DNA of 64,000 nucleotides from Candidatus Multivorans sp. GTDB taxonomy: Bacteria; Acidobacteriota; Thermoanaerobaculia; Multivoradales; Multivoraceae. The notes under the pieces were generated by a model. It ran no database searches and had not been told where the DNA came from. It was given only the letters and a program-made list of their open reading frames with translations. Made by a program: the position numbers and the translations under genes. Positions within the stretch are counted from its first letter, which is position 1. Each line of letters begins with the position of its first letter. The stretch lies in the NCBI GenBank assembly GCA_965224025.1, contig OZ245033.1:224001-288000 (forward strand), given 5' to 3'. Below are positions 40,857 to 50,321 of the stretch, one piece after another.

Positions 40857-41198
40857 ATGAGTAGACCGCCTGGGTGGCGAATCACGGTTGGGATTGAGGC
40901 GCATCAAGAGGACGGTGAGTGGGTCGCCACCTGCCCGGACCTCGGCTTGGCCAGTCAGGGAGCTACGCTCGACGAGGCCTTGGAGATGCTGCAAGAGGCG
41001 ACGGTCCTCTTCTTTGAAACGAGCGACGAACTGGGGATCCTGGCCGAGGAACTGGTCAAGAAGGGACTCCTGACGCGCGATCTGGCCCCCCACTTCAGGT
41101 TCGAGGTCACGACATCGGCGCTGCCGCGCCGCGCGACCGATGGCGGGCCCCCGACGCTTCTCGAGTTGCCACTGAATGGCCAGGTTGCCGTCACTTAA
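40857..41198 (+). CDS. hicB: HicB-like antitoxin
   Basis: WVATCPDLGLASQGATLDEALEMLQEA. Confidence 0.85.
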   Translation: MSRPPGWRITVGIEAHQEDGEWVATCPDLGLASQGATLDEALEMLQEATVLFFETSDELGILAEELVKKGLLTRDLAPHFRFEVTTSALPRRATDGGPPTLLELPLNGQVAVT

Positions 41199-41424
41199 GC
41201 CGCGAGAAGTTGTACGCGCCTTCGAGCGACTCGGTTACAAGACGATCCGGCAGAAGGGGTCGCACCTGTGGACCCCGGGACGTTCACCGGTGGTGGTGCC
41301 GATGCACCGGAAGGACGTGAAGCTTGGAACTCTGTCCAGCTTGCTCCGGGGAGCCGGGATCGAACGCGACGAGTTCCTGGTGGCGCTGAAGAAAGAAACG
41401 GAAGTGATGGGCACGGGCACCTAA
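41176..41424 (+). CDS. hicA: HicA toxin (possibly with a small internal deletion)
   Basis: REVVRAFERLGY..RQKGSH..VVVPMH..GTLSSLL. Confidence 0.85.
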   Translation: MARLPSLKPREVVRAFERLGYKTIRQKGSHLWTPGRSPVVVPMHRKDVKLGTLSSLLRGAGIERDEFLVALKKETEVMGTGT

Positions 41425-41478
41425 GCGGAGCCGGCCTTGCGGCCGGCGCACCCAGTGATTTGCGGCCAGCTTTCCGAG

Positions 41479-41599
41479 CTACCCCTCAATCCCCCCAATG
41501 CACATGTACTTGATCTCGAGGTAGTCGTCGAGTCCGTACTTCGACCCTTCGCGGCCGTGGCCGGATTCCTTCATGCCGCCGAAGGGGGCCATTTCGTTG
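41479..41599 (-). pseudogene. gabD: succinate-semialdehyde dehydrogenase, 3' fragment
   Basis: [39 protein letters not shown], continuing the gene across element B. Confidence 0.92.
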
Positions 41600-41631
41600 G
41601 GGGATTATATCCGTAGGTTGACAGAAACCGA

Positions 41632-41766
41632 TCACGCCTCGGCCTTCTTGGTGGCCTTGACCGGCTTCGCCCGGTCCTTCATCAGCAGCCAGTGCGCCAC
41701 CTGCTTCGGAGTCGCGCCGTTGTAGTTGGCCTTCAATCCCTTGCGGCGAGGCTTCTTGATCTTCAT
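41632..41766 (-). CDS. small basic protein (44 aa) at the downstream end of element B
   Basis: MKIKKPRRKGLKANYNGATPKQVAHWLLMKDRAKPVKATKKAEA; below the ORF-track cutoff; stop 8 bp from the IR. Confidence 0.55.
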   Translation of the reverse strand: MKIKKPRRKGLKANYNGATPKQVAHWLLMKDRAKPVKATKKAEA

Positions 41767-41809
41767 AACAGCGCCGCTCACCTAGGCCCGCCGTAGATGG
41801 AATGCTCCC

Positions 41810-43396
41810 TCAGAACAGTTCCTGCTGCGCCATCGGCTTGCCGCTGTACGGATCGTTCATCGTCGGCAAGCGTGGCAGTCTCCCGTCGAAGTACTCGCTG
41901 ATCGGCCATAGCTGCATTCTCCTGTAGGGCTGACCGGACACGCTGATCGTGCCAGCCTCTGCCGCTTCCGCCCGCGCTGCACGCGAGCCGACTGGTTCCA
42001 GTGTGACGAAGCAGCCGAGAGCCGCTTCGTCGCGGTCTGTGACATGGCGGAAGTCCCGCAACGCTCCGAGATGGAATCCACCGCCCTTGATCTGCGCCAG
42101 CGCGAGACGGGAATCGTAGTCGTCCGGCTGAGCGGCGATCACGGCGCGACCGTCCACGCCGCCGTCCGCAACCTGCTTCATGTTCGGCGCGAAACCGGGG
42201 AGCCGCGTCACCGCCCACGATTCAAAGCTGAACGGCTGCTCGGTTGCCAGCTTGCGCGCCGATGCGAGATCGACCGGGATCCCCTTCGTCGGGATCGTCC
42301 GGTTCTTCAGCCGCTTCTCACGGATCAGGTCGATAGCGAATGACGAAATGTCGATCCCGGCCCACTGTCGGCCGAGACGCTGCGCCGCTTCAATGGTCGT
42401 ACCGCAACCGCAGAACGGATCGAGAATCAGGTCGTCAGGGTTACTGCTCGCTTCGATGATCCGCTCCAGCAACGCGCGGGGCTTCTGGGTCGGGTAACCC
42501 ATCCGTTCCTTCGCCTGGGCGCCGATCGGCCCTATGTCCGTCCATAGGTCCTGCAACGGCCGGCCCTTGGCCTCGTCCAAATAGCGCTTGTAGGCCGGGA
42601 CGCGGCCCGGCGCTGTTTGTACAACCCGTCCTTCGTCGATCATCCGCTGCATCCGCTCGCGGGAGTAGGCCCAATAGCGCGTTACGCCCAGTACCTCGTA
42701 CTGCGGGTTGCCCTTCGCTGCACCGCCGCGCCCAGTCATATCGCTGAGTCGATAGCGCCGTCCAGTGTCTTCTTCGACATAGCGGTAGAAACCGTCGACG
42801 TATTGGTCATCGTATGGCGTGTACAGCGGATTCCAAGCCCAACCGTCGCCCCTCGAGTAGTAGAGGACGCGATCCAGTACACGTCCAAATTGTCGTCTTC
42901 CCTGCGCGCCGTCGTTGTGGCTGCTGGTTCGCTTCCATCCGATTTCGGATCGGAAATTCGGCACACCGAAGATCGCGTCCATGACGATTTTGAGATAGTG
43001 GCTCGCGGTCGGGTCACAGTGCAAGTAGATCGAACCTGTTGGCTTGAGGAGCCGGTGCATGTGCTCCAAGCGCTCCGCCATGTAGGTCAGGTAGGCGAGC
43101 ATCCCGGACGGGCCGATGGCGTGCCGTAGGCCCACTATCGCGTCGTGGGCGCGTCGTGCGGGCGCACCCTCGTAGGCCGCGTAGCGGTCCGCCGCGGCTT
43201 CGTCCCACGCCCATGTGTCGCTGAACGCCCGGTACTGCGCGTCAGCGCCGCCGCGAGCCGAGTAGAGGATGTTGTAGTCGGCCTTCGAGTTGAATGGCGG
43301 ATCGAGGTAAATCAGGTCTACGGACTGATCGTCCCATCGCTGCATCCAGTCGAGGCAGTCACCGTAGTACAGCGTGCCCGCGTCCGGTGGGTTCAT
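41810..43396 (-). CDS. DNA N6/N4-methyltransferase fused to a C-terminal Mrr-like PD-(D/E)XK domain
   Basis: DLIYLDPPFNS, YPTQKP, ILDPFCGCGTT; FESWAV..DGGVDG..AQIKGG. Confidence 0.92.
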   Translation of the reverse strand: MNPPDAGTLYYGDCLDWMQRWDDQSVDLIYLDPPFNSKADYNILYSARGGADAQYRAFSDTWAWDEAAADRYAAYEGAPARRAHDAIVGLRHAIGPSGMLAYLTYMAERLEHMHRLLKPTGSIYLHCDPTASHYLKIVMDAIFGVPNFRSEIGWKRTSSHNDGAQGRRQFGRVLDRVLYYSRGDGWAWNPLYTPYDDQYVDGFYRYVEEDTGRRYRLSDMTGRGGAAKGNPQYEVLGVTRYWAYSRERMQRMIDEGRVVQTAPGRVPAYKRYLDEAKGRPLQDLWTDIGPIGAQAKERMGYPTQKPRALLERIIEASSNPDDLILDPFCGCGTTIEAAQRLGRQWAGIDISSFAIDLIREKRLKNRTIPTKGIPVDLASARKLATEQPFSFESWAVTRLPGFAPNMKQVADGGVDGRAVIAAQPDDYDSRLALAQIKGGGFHLGALRDFRHVTDRDEAALGCFVTLEPVGSRAARAEAAEAGTISVSGQPYRRMQLWPISEYFDGRLPRLPTMNDPYSGKPMAQQELF

Positions 43397-44379
43397 GCCG
43401 AGCGAGCGCCGGACGGCAGGCCGTTGTCGGCGATCAGGTCACGGTACTGGAGCCGCTTGCCCGCCAGCCCCTCGGTGACGGACGCCATTTGCGCCAGCGT
43501 GTCGAGATCGCGGAAGTTGTGACGGCCCGCGAACTGGTTGACGTAGCGCTGTAGATGCTTCGGTGAGAGCTTGTGGTACACGCCCTTGTGGGCGCGCTTG
43601 AGCATCGACCAGAAGCTCTCGATCGAGTTCGTGTGAACCTTGCCCGCAACGTACTCGCCGACCGAGTGCTTGACGGTGCCGCGCTCGTACTCGGTCAAAC
43701 CGCTGTACGCCCCCGTATCGTCCGTGTAGACCGTTGCGCCGGGTTCGACGTGCTCACGGACGAACGCTTGCAGGGTCTCGCCGTCGGTCGAACGGACGAC
43801 ACGCGCCGCCACCATGCCGGTCTCGCGGTCCTTGACGCCCACCACCGCTGTCTTGCCGACAGAGCCACGGCCTTCGAGGGTCTTGCGCTTCTTCGCGTGC
43901 ATATTCTTCCGCAGACCGCCGAAGTACGCCTCATCGGCTTCTGCCGGTCCCTCGAAGCGCACGGTCGGCCCCGAGTCGCTGAACTCGCGGATGCGCTGGA
44001 GCATGAACCACGCGGTCTTCTGAGTGACGCCCAGGTCACGGTGGATCTTCATCGACGACACGCCCTTGAGGCTCGTTGTGTCGAGGTAGATCGCGTACAG
44101 CCACTTGAGCAGAGGCAGCTTCGACCGCGCCATCACGGTGCCGGTCTTCACCGAGAAGTACCGCTTGCAGTCGCGGCAGCGGTACGGCATCTTCGCGTGG
44201 CTGCACTCGTGGTTGTTGTCGGTGCCGCAGTGCGGGCAGTAGCGCTCGCCGTCCGGCCAGACGATCGCCTCGAACCACTGCCGCGCCGCTTCCTCATCGG
44301 GGAACATCCGCTGCAAGTCGAACAGCGTGATGCCCTTCCGGTGAGCCTTGCCGGGTGCCTTGAGTTCTGTGTCGTTCAT
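43393..44379 (-). CDS. IS1595-family transposase
   Basis: CPHC..CRDC, SSMKIHRDLGVTQKTAW, EADEAY, VYTDD, HTNSIESFWS. Confidence 0.96.
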   Translation of the reverse strand: MNDTELKAPGKAHRKGITLFDLQRMFPDEEAARQWFEAIVWPDGERYCPHCGTDNNHECSHAKMPYRCRDCKRYFSVKTGTVMARSKLPLLKWLYAIYLDTTSLKGVSSMKIHRDLGVTQKTAWFMLQRIREFSDSGPTVRFEGPAEADEAYFGGLRKNMHAKKRKTLEGRGSVGKTAVVGVKDRETGMVAARVVRSTDGETLQAFVREHVEPGATVYTDDTGAYSGLTEYERGTVKHSVGEYVAGKVHTNSIESFWSMLKRAHKGVYHKLSPKHLQRYVNQFAGRHNFRDLDTLAQMASVTEGLAGKRLQYRDLIADNGLPSGARSA

Positions 44380-44456
44380 CGCTTCTCCCTCCGTCAACCG
44401 TGAGGTATACCCTACCGGACGGAGAGCCAGTTTGTCAACCTAGAGATATAATCCCC

Positions 44457-45846
44457 TTTCGTTGGAAATGATGCCTTCGTTGATGCCGACGATGCCGTAT
44501 TCGAGCGCTTCGCTGACGCGCCAGATGCGGCCCACGTCGCGGGCGTAGAAATAGCTGGCTAGGCCGAACTCGGTGTCGTTGGCCATGGCGATCGCTTCTT
44601 CTTCAGTGCTGAACTTCATCAGCGGCGCGATGGGTCCGAAGATTTCTTCGCGGAACACCCGCATGTCGTCCGTCACGCCGGTGAGGATGGTGGGTTGGAC
44701 GAAGCACCCGCCCAGATCCGACGGAACGCCGCCCATCTCGACCGTGGCGCCCCGGTCCACCGCGTCGGTGACGCGACTGGTCACGTTCGCCACTGCCTCG
44801 GTGCTGATCAGCGGGCCCACGGTGACGCCATCCTCGGTGCCGTCGCCCATCTTGATCCCGGCCACGGCCGCGGCGAGTCTTTCGGCGAACTCGTCGTAGA
44901 CGCCTTCCTGGACCAGGATGCGGTTGGCGCACACGCAGGTCTGGCCCGCGTTGCGGAACTTGCAGATCATGGCGCCGGTCACCGCCGCATCCAGGTCGGC
45001 GTCGTCGAACACGATGAAGGGCGCGTTGCCGCCCAGTTCCATGGACATCCGCTTCATCGTGCCCGCGCATTGAGCCATGAGCAGCTTTCCCACCGCGGTG
45101 GAGCCCGTGAAGGTGAGCTTGCGGACCGTGGGGTTGGACGTCAGTTCCTCGCCGATCTCCTCGGTCTGGCCGCAGAGGATGTTGATCACTCCGGGCGGGA
45201 TGCCCGCGCGCGTCGCCAGCTCGGCCAGGGCATTGGCCGACAGTGGCGTCTCGTTGGCCGGCTTGCAGACCACCGTACAGCCGGCCGCGAGGGCCGGTGC
45301 GATCTTGCGCGCGAGCATGGCGTTGGGGAAGTTCCAGGGTGTGATGCAGGCCACCACTCCGACCGGCTGCTTGATGCAGACGACGCGCTTGTCGTTGGAA
45401 GGCTGGGGGATCGTGTCGCCGTACACCCGCTTGGCCTCTTCCGCGAACCACTCGATGTAGCTGGCGCCGTAGGCGATCTCCCCGCGGGCTTCAAAGAGGG
45501 GCTTGCCCTGTTCCGCCGTCATCATCTGAGCCAGGTCTTCCTGGCTCTCCATCATCAGGTCGAACCAGCGCCGCAGCAGCGCGGCGCGCTCCTTGGCCGT
45601 GGTGTGCCGCCACTGCTCGAAGGCCCTTCCGGCCGCCTCGATGGCGCGCCGGGTTTCGGCCGCGCCGCAGCAGGCGACCTCAGCCAGGACCTCGCCCGTG
45701 GCGGGGTTCTCGACGGCGAAGGTCTCGCCGGAATCGGCGTCGACCCACTGGCCGTCGATGCAGGCCTGGGCTCGAAGTAGGCCGGGGTCGGCCAGGTCGA
45801 TGCGGTCGGCCGGGACTCGGGTGGCTACGGAGGCGGCAATGCTCAT
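44457..45846 (-). pseudogene. gabD: succinate-semialdehyde dehydrogenase, 5' part interrupted by the IS
   Basis: ITPWNFP, FTGST, MELGGNAP, FRNAGQTCVC, EEIFGP; ends at GIISNE. Confidence 0.94.
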
Positions 45847-45958
45847 GAACGTCACTCCCTGCGGGTCGTTGGCGTAGCCGGGTCAATTGGCTCTGTCGAT
45901 CAATCCTAAGATGTATCAGCCCCCCGGACGGGGTCGCAAGGAGACCCGCGTCCGCGGC

Positions 45959-47170
45959 TTAGGCGCCCGCGGGCGGCGGTTCGGCCGACAGCAGCGCGAT
46001 CATCGCGTCGATCTGCTGCAGCGACTCGGCCAGTACGGTCCGGTGCTCCTCGGATTCGACCTCTTCGAGGGACTCCATCCGTCGCTCGCGCCGGTCGCGG
46101 AGGATGTCGAGTGCGGTCTGTCCCTGCTGCGTCTTCGCGGCGGTGTCGATTCCGCGCTCCAGGAGCAGGCGTGCGCCGTCGACCATGGCGTAGACGCCGG
46201 CCCAGTGGAGCGTGTTGTACCCCTCCTCGTTCGTCGACTCGGCGTCCATGCCGCGGTCGAGGAACTCGCGGAGCAGGTCGACGTCCTCCTGGAGGATCAG
46301 CGGGCGGGCGAGGTGGAACCGGTCCGCCTGCTCTCTCGACGGATCGGCGCCCGCATCCAGCAGGGTGCGGAGGCAGCTACGGTCTCCCAGCCGGTGTGAG
46401 CGCATCAGGGACACCCACAGGGGCGACGCGCCGTCCGGGTCCGGTCGGCTGGCGGTCTCGGGATCGTCGGCAAGGGCGGCCTGAAGCTCGTCGCAGCGGC
46501 CCAGGCCGACCAGGTCAGCCGCGGAGATGACCGGCGCCTGCGTCAGCGCGAGGTCGATCTGGGCGTTCTGCCGAATGCTGGGCGAGAGCAGGATCAGCGA
46601 CAGCGGCGTCTGGCCGTTCTCGAACGGTTCGACGAGCAGATCCGGCCGTTCCGGGAGCGCCTTCTCGAGGTCCTCCACGGGCCTTGAGACCACGAAGTGC
46701 CTCCGGAACGCGTCGTCGTCGAGGAAGGCCAGCGAAGCGTCGAACGCCGACCTCCCGGCGATCATGGCTTCCAGGTAGTCGACGTAGGTTTCCCGGCTCT
46801 GGACGCCCACGATCCGGTCCTGCTCCTCGCCGTTCCGGAAGAAGAGGACGTGCGGTACGCCGTTGACGCCCAGCCCCCGATAGATGTCCGGCGACTCGTC
46901 GATGTCCAGCTTGCCGATCTTTGCTCGTCCCGCCATCTCGGGCGCCAGACTTTCGACGATCGGGTCGACGACCTTGCAGGGGACGCACCAGGTGGCGGTG
47001 AAGTCCACCAGGACGGGCACGTCCGCCTGGTAGACCTCCTGGTCGAAGTTGTCGCTGTTCAGGAGGACAACCCGGGCATCGGATGAGGCCGATTGCGCCG
47101 CGTCGTCGCCGGTGGCGCAGGCAGCCAAGATGGCTGCGAGCGGTAGGCAGAGGAATAGACCAACTCTCAT
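45959..47170 (-). CDS. lipoprotein, thioredoxin domain plus ankyrin repeats
   Basis: Lipobox LAAC; VDFTATWCVPC; NGQTPL, DGASPL, GYNTLHWA, QGQTALD. Confidence 0.85.
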   Translation of the reverse strand: MRVGLFLCLPLAAILAACATGDDAAQSASSDARVVLLNSDNFDQEVYQADVPVLVDFTATWCVPCKVVDPIVESLAPEMAGRAKIGKLDIDESPDIYRGLGVNGVPHVLFFRNGEEQDRIVGVQSRETYVDYLEAMIAGRSAFDASLAFLDDDAFRRHFVVSRPVEDLEKALPERPDLLVEPFENGQTPLSLILLSPSIRQNAQIDLALTQAPVISAADLVGLGRCDELQAALADDPETASRPDPDGASPLWVSLMRSHRLGDRSCLRTLLDAGADPSREQADRFHLARPLILQEDVDLLREFLDRGMDAESTNEEGYNTLHWAGVYAMVDGARLLLERGIDTAAKTQQGQTALDILRDRRERRMESLEEVESEEHRTVLAESLQQIDAMIALLSAEPPPAGA

Positions 47171-47216
47171 CGTGGCTGCCTCGCGGGTTGGATGCGCTGG
47201 TGGCTGGCGCTTGCGG

Positions 47217-47894
47217 TTACTCGCCCCCGACGGTTTCGGTCGCCCGCCCCGGCGTTCGCGCCTTGGGCCGCTCCTCGTCGCTCGGCCCCTTGACGAAGAT
47301 GTTGAAGTGGTGGACGAGTTCGCTGCCGCGCCGGAACTCGATCTCCTGCACCCACTTGTCGTCGGGCAGGATGTCCGGGGTCAGGACCAGGCGGTGCTTG
47401 GTGTAGATGTCCTTGATGTCGTCCTCGACGTAGTAGGGCTCGGGCATCTTGAGCACCAGGTCGGGATCGGGGAACAGCCAGCCCTCGTCGTCGGACCAGT
47501 CGATCGGCTCGGGCCCGTCCTCGGGCCGTCCGGGCTGGGCGCCAGCCTCGGCCCAGCGCTTGAACGTCGCGATCTCGGCGTCGGTCAAGCCGCGCTCGTT
47601 CCTGAACACGCCGTCGAAGTGCTCGGAGGCGTCCCACGGCGGCATCTCCTTCGAGGTCGTCATGCGCACGATCGAGCGCGCCCAGGGCCGGGCCTCTTCG
47701 TAGGTCGTGAGCGACATCGGCACGCCGCCACGGTAGATCTTGCCGCCGGACGGGCGGTGACACTCCTGGCAGTTCTCCTGCAGGATGGGCAGGACGTGCT
47801 CGTAGAACGTCGGTCCCGTGGCGTCTGCGGCTCCCTGGGCTGCCGTGGCCAGAGCCAGGCAGAGGAGAAAACCAAGCAGGCGTCGACTCGTCAT
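47217..47894 (-). pseudogene. cytochrome c / Cu-monooxygenase-like protein, apparently C-terminally truncated
   Basis: PTFYEHVLPILQENCQECH, MPPW, PDLVL, VHH, then ends. Confidence 0.6.
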
Positions 47895-48011
47895 CGCTGC
47901 GTCCCCGTTTCAAGAATCTGGATCGAGGCAGTGTACAGGAGGCGTTGCGGCCGGCGGTGCGATCCGCGCCTGGCGCCATTCACCGGCGCTGCCTGTACTC
48001 TTCGGCGACCG

Positions 48012-48155
48012 ATGAGCCACGGCTCGCCAGCGGAACCCTCGCGCCGGCCGCGGATCGGCATCGTCGCCGACATGGGCCGCGCAGTTGTGGGCCCTTGGGA
48101 CGAAGTCGTATCGATGGCCGGGCTTTCGTTTCCCGGTGTTCGTCAGCCTGAGGTT
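48012..48155 (+). pseudogene. N-terminal stub, possibly peptidase C26/PuuD-like
   Basis: MSHGSPAEPSRRPRIGIVADMGRAVVGPWD, running into a REP copy. Confidence 0.35.
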
Positions 48156-48200
48156 CCTGGGAACGCGGGCATTTTGCCCGCATCCGGCGCGAAGCACCGG
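48156..48200. repeat. REP-like palindrome family A
   Basis: CCTGGGAACGCGGGCATTTTGCCCGCATCCGG. Confidence 0.8.
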
Positions 48201-48234
48201 TCTGTAAACCGTTTGGCGCTGTCCCGTCCCTTGG

Positions 48235-48669
48235 TCAGGGCGCGAGTGGGTAGTGGCAGTTCACTCCCGGGAAGCGCCGGAAGTCGTGATCCGCGGTATG
48301 CACTTCGCCTCGGTGGGCCCGAGCGAGCGCGGCGATCTGCGCGTCCGTGACGAGGTCGCCGCCCGCGGATCCGGCGGCGGCCAGCAGTTCGACGACGTGT
48401 CTCACATGGTCTTCACCCGGTAGGAGGAGGCGCGTCACGGGGTGGGCAGCCCATTCGTCCACCAAGTCGCCCGCTACTTCAAGCGAGAGCGGCGCCCGGA
48501 AGATGCGCCGGTTCGTGCTGACCCGCAGGAACGCGAAGAGGACTGGTTGGCAGAGTCCAACCGGAACGGCGCCGCTCAGACAGCCAGTCCACCACTTCGC
48601 CGCAGAAGAGTGGAACGGACTGGCTGAATCAACCGAGTACAGGAGGAGGTTCGCGTCGGGGACGATCAC
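48235..48669 (-). CDS. vapC: VapC PIN toxin
   Basis: VPDANLLLY, DAQIAALA, HTADHDFRRF. Confidence 0.92.
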   Translation of the reverse strand: MIVPDANLLLYSVDSASPFHSSAAKWWTGCLSGAVPVGLCQPVLFAFLRVSTNRRIFRAPLSLEVAGDLVDEWAAHPVTRLLLPGEDHVRHVVELLAAAGSAGGDLVTDAQIAALARAHRGEVHTADHDFRRFPGVNCHYPLAP

Positions 48670-48953
48670 TTCGGCTTGTCGGTTTCCTCGACAAGGCGAC
48701 CGGTCACTTCAAGAAACGCCTCTGCATCCAGATCTGCTTCGAGGGCCGAGAGGTTGCCGAGGTCGTAACCGGTTCTGAGGCGCATCGGGAAGGCGCGCTG
48801 GACGAAAGGCGGCCGCTCCTGACTGGCGGCGACTCCGGCGAGGCTTCGCCGGACGGCGTCGTTCAAGGCCTGCTTGAAGGTCTGTCCCCGTTGCCGCATC
48901 GCTTCGCGCAGCAGTGATTCCGTGTCGGCGTCGAGCGTTACGGTGGTTCGCAT
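48666..48953 (-). CDS. vapB: VapB-like antitoxin
   Basis: MRTTVTLDADT..FKQALNDAVR; promoter TTGACA(48988)-17bp-CATGAT with a GCATCATGATGC palindrome. Confidence 0.87.
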   Translation of the reverse strand: MRTTVTLDADTESLLREAMRQRGQTFKQALNDAVRRSLAGVAASQERPPFVQRAFPMRLRTGYDLGNLSALEADLDAEAFLEVTGRLVEETDKPK

Positions 48954-49019
48954 CTCTGCATCATGATGCCTGGCGCCTATGCTGTCAAGGCACCATTCCA
49001 CCAGCCTGGTAGAGTTGCC

Positions 49020-49300
49020 GCCTGTCGCCTGGCCATCCCGAGGACACGCTCGAACGCGTCACGGCGCCCCAGTTCCGGGCGCGCGTCAATGCGCGCCGCG
49101 ATGCGGCCCAGGTGGTCGAAGTAGCCGGCCAGGCGTTCTCCGCTCGCCTCGTCGACCAGATCGGACAGCACCAGCCCCTCTACCCACTCGGAGACACCGA
49201 TCAGGCGCGACTCGCTCGTTCCCACCTGTACCTGCACGTAGCGCCGGCCGTCCAGCACACGAACCGGCACCGGCGCGCCGACTCCGGCGGCGTTCAGGGC
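49020..49300 (-). pseudogene. internal fragment of a phosphotransferase (APH/homoserine kinase II-like)
   Basis: ALNAAGVGAPVPVRVLDGRRYV..VSEWVEG..LGRIAAR; no start or catalytic C-terminus. Confidence 0.4.
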
Positions 49301-49335
49301 CGCTGTTCCTCGAGGTCGTGAGCGGCTTGGCGGCT

Positions 49336-50301
49336 CTAGCCGCGGAGCTGCCGCGCCAGAGCCGCGGCTTCGTCCAGCAGCGTTCGCAGACCGCCGTGCT
49401 CCAGCCAGTCAAGACGGAACGACTGGTAGCTGGCGTCCGCCCGAGCCGCGTTGAGTCGCCACAACGACAGCACTCCGGACTTCCTCGCAGACGAGGCGCC
49501 GTCGAGGTAGCCCCTCAGCAGATCGTCGAACACGTTCGCATCGTTCAGAGTGCCGAGCACGTCCTGCAGGCGCTTGCAGCGATCAACCAGGGACGCCGCA
49601 ACCTCGCTTTCCGCGCGTACCGGTTCGACCAGGTAGCGGAGGCGCTTGCAGGCGATGCGCACCCTGTGCGGGCCCTGCTCACGGTCGCCGCCAAGGCCGT
49701 CAACGCGAGCCGCCAGCCTGTGAGCGATCCGATCCAGCCGCTCGGAAAGCACCTGGGCGTACGGCGGGCCAACGCCTTGTCCTTGCATCTGGTGGGCCAG
49801 GCGTGACTCAAGGCCGTCCGCCCAGTCGGCGAACTGGGACTCGAACTCCAGGTGGGTGCCTGTGGGCGCGGCTGAGCCGCCCGGATGCGGGCGAGACTTC
49901 CGTGGTCCGTGGGCGGAACCCGGATGCGGGCGAGACGCCCGCGTTCCCAGGTCTGCTACCAGCCACTCGAGACTGGGCAAGTGCTCGGGGCACAGTTCCG
50001 AGCGCTGTTCCTCCAGCCACTCGAGCGCCACCTCGGCATCGCGGCTGGAGCCGGTCCGTTTCTGGAACCCGGCGAGCGTCCGCCGGTCCCGCTTCTCCAC
50101 GACGCCTCGGAGCAGCCCTTTCCAGGCGCTCATGGTGCTCCGCAGCCGCCGGATCGAGACCCTGAAATCGTGGAGGCCCTCGGCGTCCTCCGGATCGAGG
50201 GTGCGCGGCGCGGCTGTGCGGGCCTGGGAGACCAACTCCTTCACGATCAGACGCACAGCCTCTTCCCCGTCCCGGCGCAACAGATCACCGGCAAGCGGCA
50301 T
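49336..50301 (-). CDS. CHAD-domain protein with in-frame REP insert
   Basis: LHDFRVSIRRLRS, RDAEV, HRVRIACKRLRY, LQDVLGTLND. Confidence 0.9.
   Translation of the reverse strand: MPLAGDLLRRDGEEAVRLIVKELVSQARTAAPRTLDPEDAEGLHDFRVSIRRLRSTMSAWKGLLRGVVEKRDRRTLAGFQKRTGSSRDAEVALEWLEEQRSELCPEHLPSLEWLVADLGTRASRPHPGSAHGPRKSRPHPGGSAAPTGTHLEFESQFADWADGLESRLAHQMQGQGVGPPYAQVLSERLDRIAHRLAARVDGLGGDREQGPHRVRIACKRLRYLVEPVRAESEVAASLVDRCKRLQDVLGTLNDANVFDDLLRGYLDGASSARKSGVLSLWRLNAARADASYQSFRLDWLEHGGLRTLLDEAAALARQLRG
49881..49951. repeat. REP family A doublet inside the CHAD gene
   Basis: CCGGATGCGGGCGAGAC twice; second copy complete to GTTCCCAGG. Confidence 0.85.
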
Positions 50302-50321
50302 GTCGTCAGTACGTCGTGCGC

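Larger units (their letters stand above)
41600..44456 (-). mobile_element. IS1595-family cargo transposon B (2857 bp) inserted in gabD
   Basis: 24-bp IRs GGGGATTATATC(CG/TC)TAGGTTGACA; 8-bp target duplication TTTCGTTG at 41592-41599 and 44457-44464. Confidence 0.96.
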
